Shown here one piece after another: positions 63,751 through 64,000 of a stretch of 64,000 bases of DNA. The stretch comes from Candidatus Omnitrophota bacterium. GTDB lineage: Bacteria; Omnitrophota; Gorgyraeia; Duberdicusellales; 4484-171. The translations under genes were made by a program, and so were the position numbers. The notes under the pieces are model-generated. The model was not told where the DNA came from. It searched no databases and worked only from the letters and a program-made list of their open reading frames with translations. Location: positions 317,855 to 381,854 of the forward strand of contig JBAZGN010000001.1 in NCBI GenBank assembly GCA_041652815.1, in the 5' to 3' direction. Numbering within the stretch: position 1 is the first letter of the stretch; each line of letters begins with the position of its first letter.

Positions 63751-63846
63751 CTATCAGCCCTGCCTGCCGGCAGGCAGCTTTCAGCCCCCCCAAGGGGCGC
63801 CCTTGAAGGGCAGCTGACAACTGACGCCTGAAGGCTGATAGCTTTA
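63749..63846. repeat. Compound palindrome, CAGCTGAAAGCTG family (B6), with nested GC-rich cores
   Basis: agctatcagccctgcctgccggcaggcagctttcagcccccccaaggggcgcccttgaagggcagctgacaactgacgcctgaaggctgatagctt. Confidence 0.9.
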
Positions 63847-63852
63847 TAATAT

Positions 63853-63999
63853 ATGAAAACAAAAAAAATATTAATGAGCGGTAATGAAGCCATGGCAGAG
63901 GCTGCAATCAAAGCAGGCTGCTATTTTTATGCAGGATATCCTATCACTCCGCAAAATGAAATCCCCACCTATATGGCAAGGAGAATGAAGGAAGAAAAG
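63853..63999 (+). CDS. 2-oxoacid (pyruvate/2-ketoisovalerate):ferredoxin oxidoreductase alpha subunit, N-terminal fragment (runs off the window)
   Basis: [49 protein letters not shown]. It is not in the ORF track because it is truncated by the window end. Confidence 0.6.
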   Translation, partial: MKTKKILMSGNEAMAEAAIKAGCYFYAGYPITPQNEIPTYMARRMKEEK

Positions 64000-64000
64000 A

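Noticed and set aside
4841-63846. Possible CRISPR arrays, because of the many short tandem repeats
   Set aside because: The units are 7-10 nt, directly abutting with no unique spacers, and the two halves of each array are reverse complements of each other. These are hairpins, not repeat-spacer arrays. No cas genes are present.

Overview
This is an AT-rich bacterial chromosomal window, densely coded and mostly on the + strand, from a low-GC and probably uncultivated lineage. Recognisable housekeeping content includes pyrK, then pyrD-pyrF about 6.5 kb further on, and a seven-gene V/A-type ATPase operon in the chlamydial/spirochaetal order E-X-A-B-D-I-K. After these come tRNA-Val(TAC), thrS-infC-rpmI-rplT, a Trk K+ uptake locus with a split trkA and trkH, pheS-pheT, a tRNA-dihydrouridine synthase and a PAS histidine kinase with two stand-alone receiver proteins. 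The window ends with MTHFS, rny-ymdB-pilZ, dxs and the start of a 2-oxoacid:ferredoxin oxidoreductase. Three things stand out. (1) Nearly every intergenic gap, including gaps inside operons, carries a 60-170 bp compound palindrome whose arms are tandem arrays of a degenerate 7-10 nt word. I count more than 35 such elements in at least 12 sequence families (CACAGAT, GGTTACGAAGG, CAGCTGAAAGCTG, AACTCTAAAC, CAAATCACAAT, AACCAAACAA, GCGGTTGCG, GGACTATGGACT, CGCGAATA, ATAGAAGCGGAT and others). Several families have near-identical dispersed copies; at least three CACAGAT elements enclose a palindrome of another family; and some elements supply the last codons and stop codon of the upstream gene. (2) A roughly 13 kb type II PKS-like / aryl-polyene-like cluster spans 31893-44362. 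It encodes an acyl-CoA ligase, a ketopantoate-reductase-like enzyme fused to a tandem Cys-rich domain, a KS-alpha, a KS-beta/CLF lacking all three catalytic residues, an ACP, a PF04199 cyclase, an SRPBCC cyclase, an MFS exporter and an SDR ketoreductase. It is followed by two B12-radical-SAM enzymes, an amidohydrolase-2 and a class IV aminotransferase. A DHAP-shunt-like 5'-deoxyadenosine/MTA salvage set follows: MtnA-like isomerase, a class II aldolase-SCP2 fusion, a DhnA aldolase, an ADH and an ALDH. (3) An AT-rich six-gene minus-strand island at 5328-8071, with a NYN nuclease, a DUF1353-like protein and small membrane proteins, sits between pyrK and pyrD and carries none of the palindromic elements. 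No CRISPR array, rRNA or transposase is visible.
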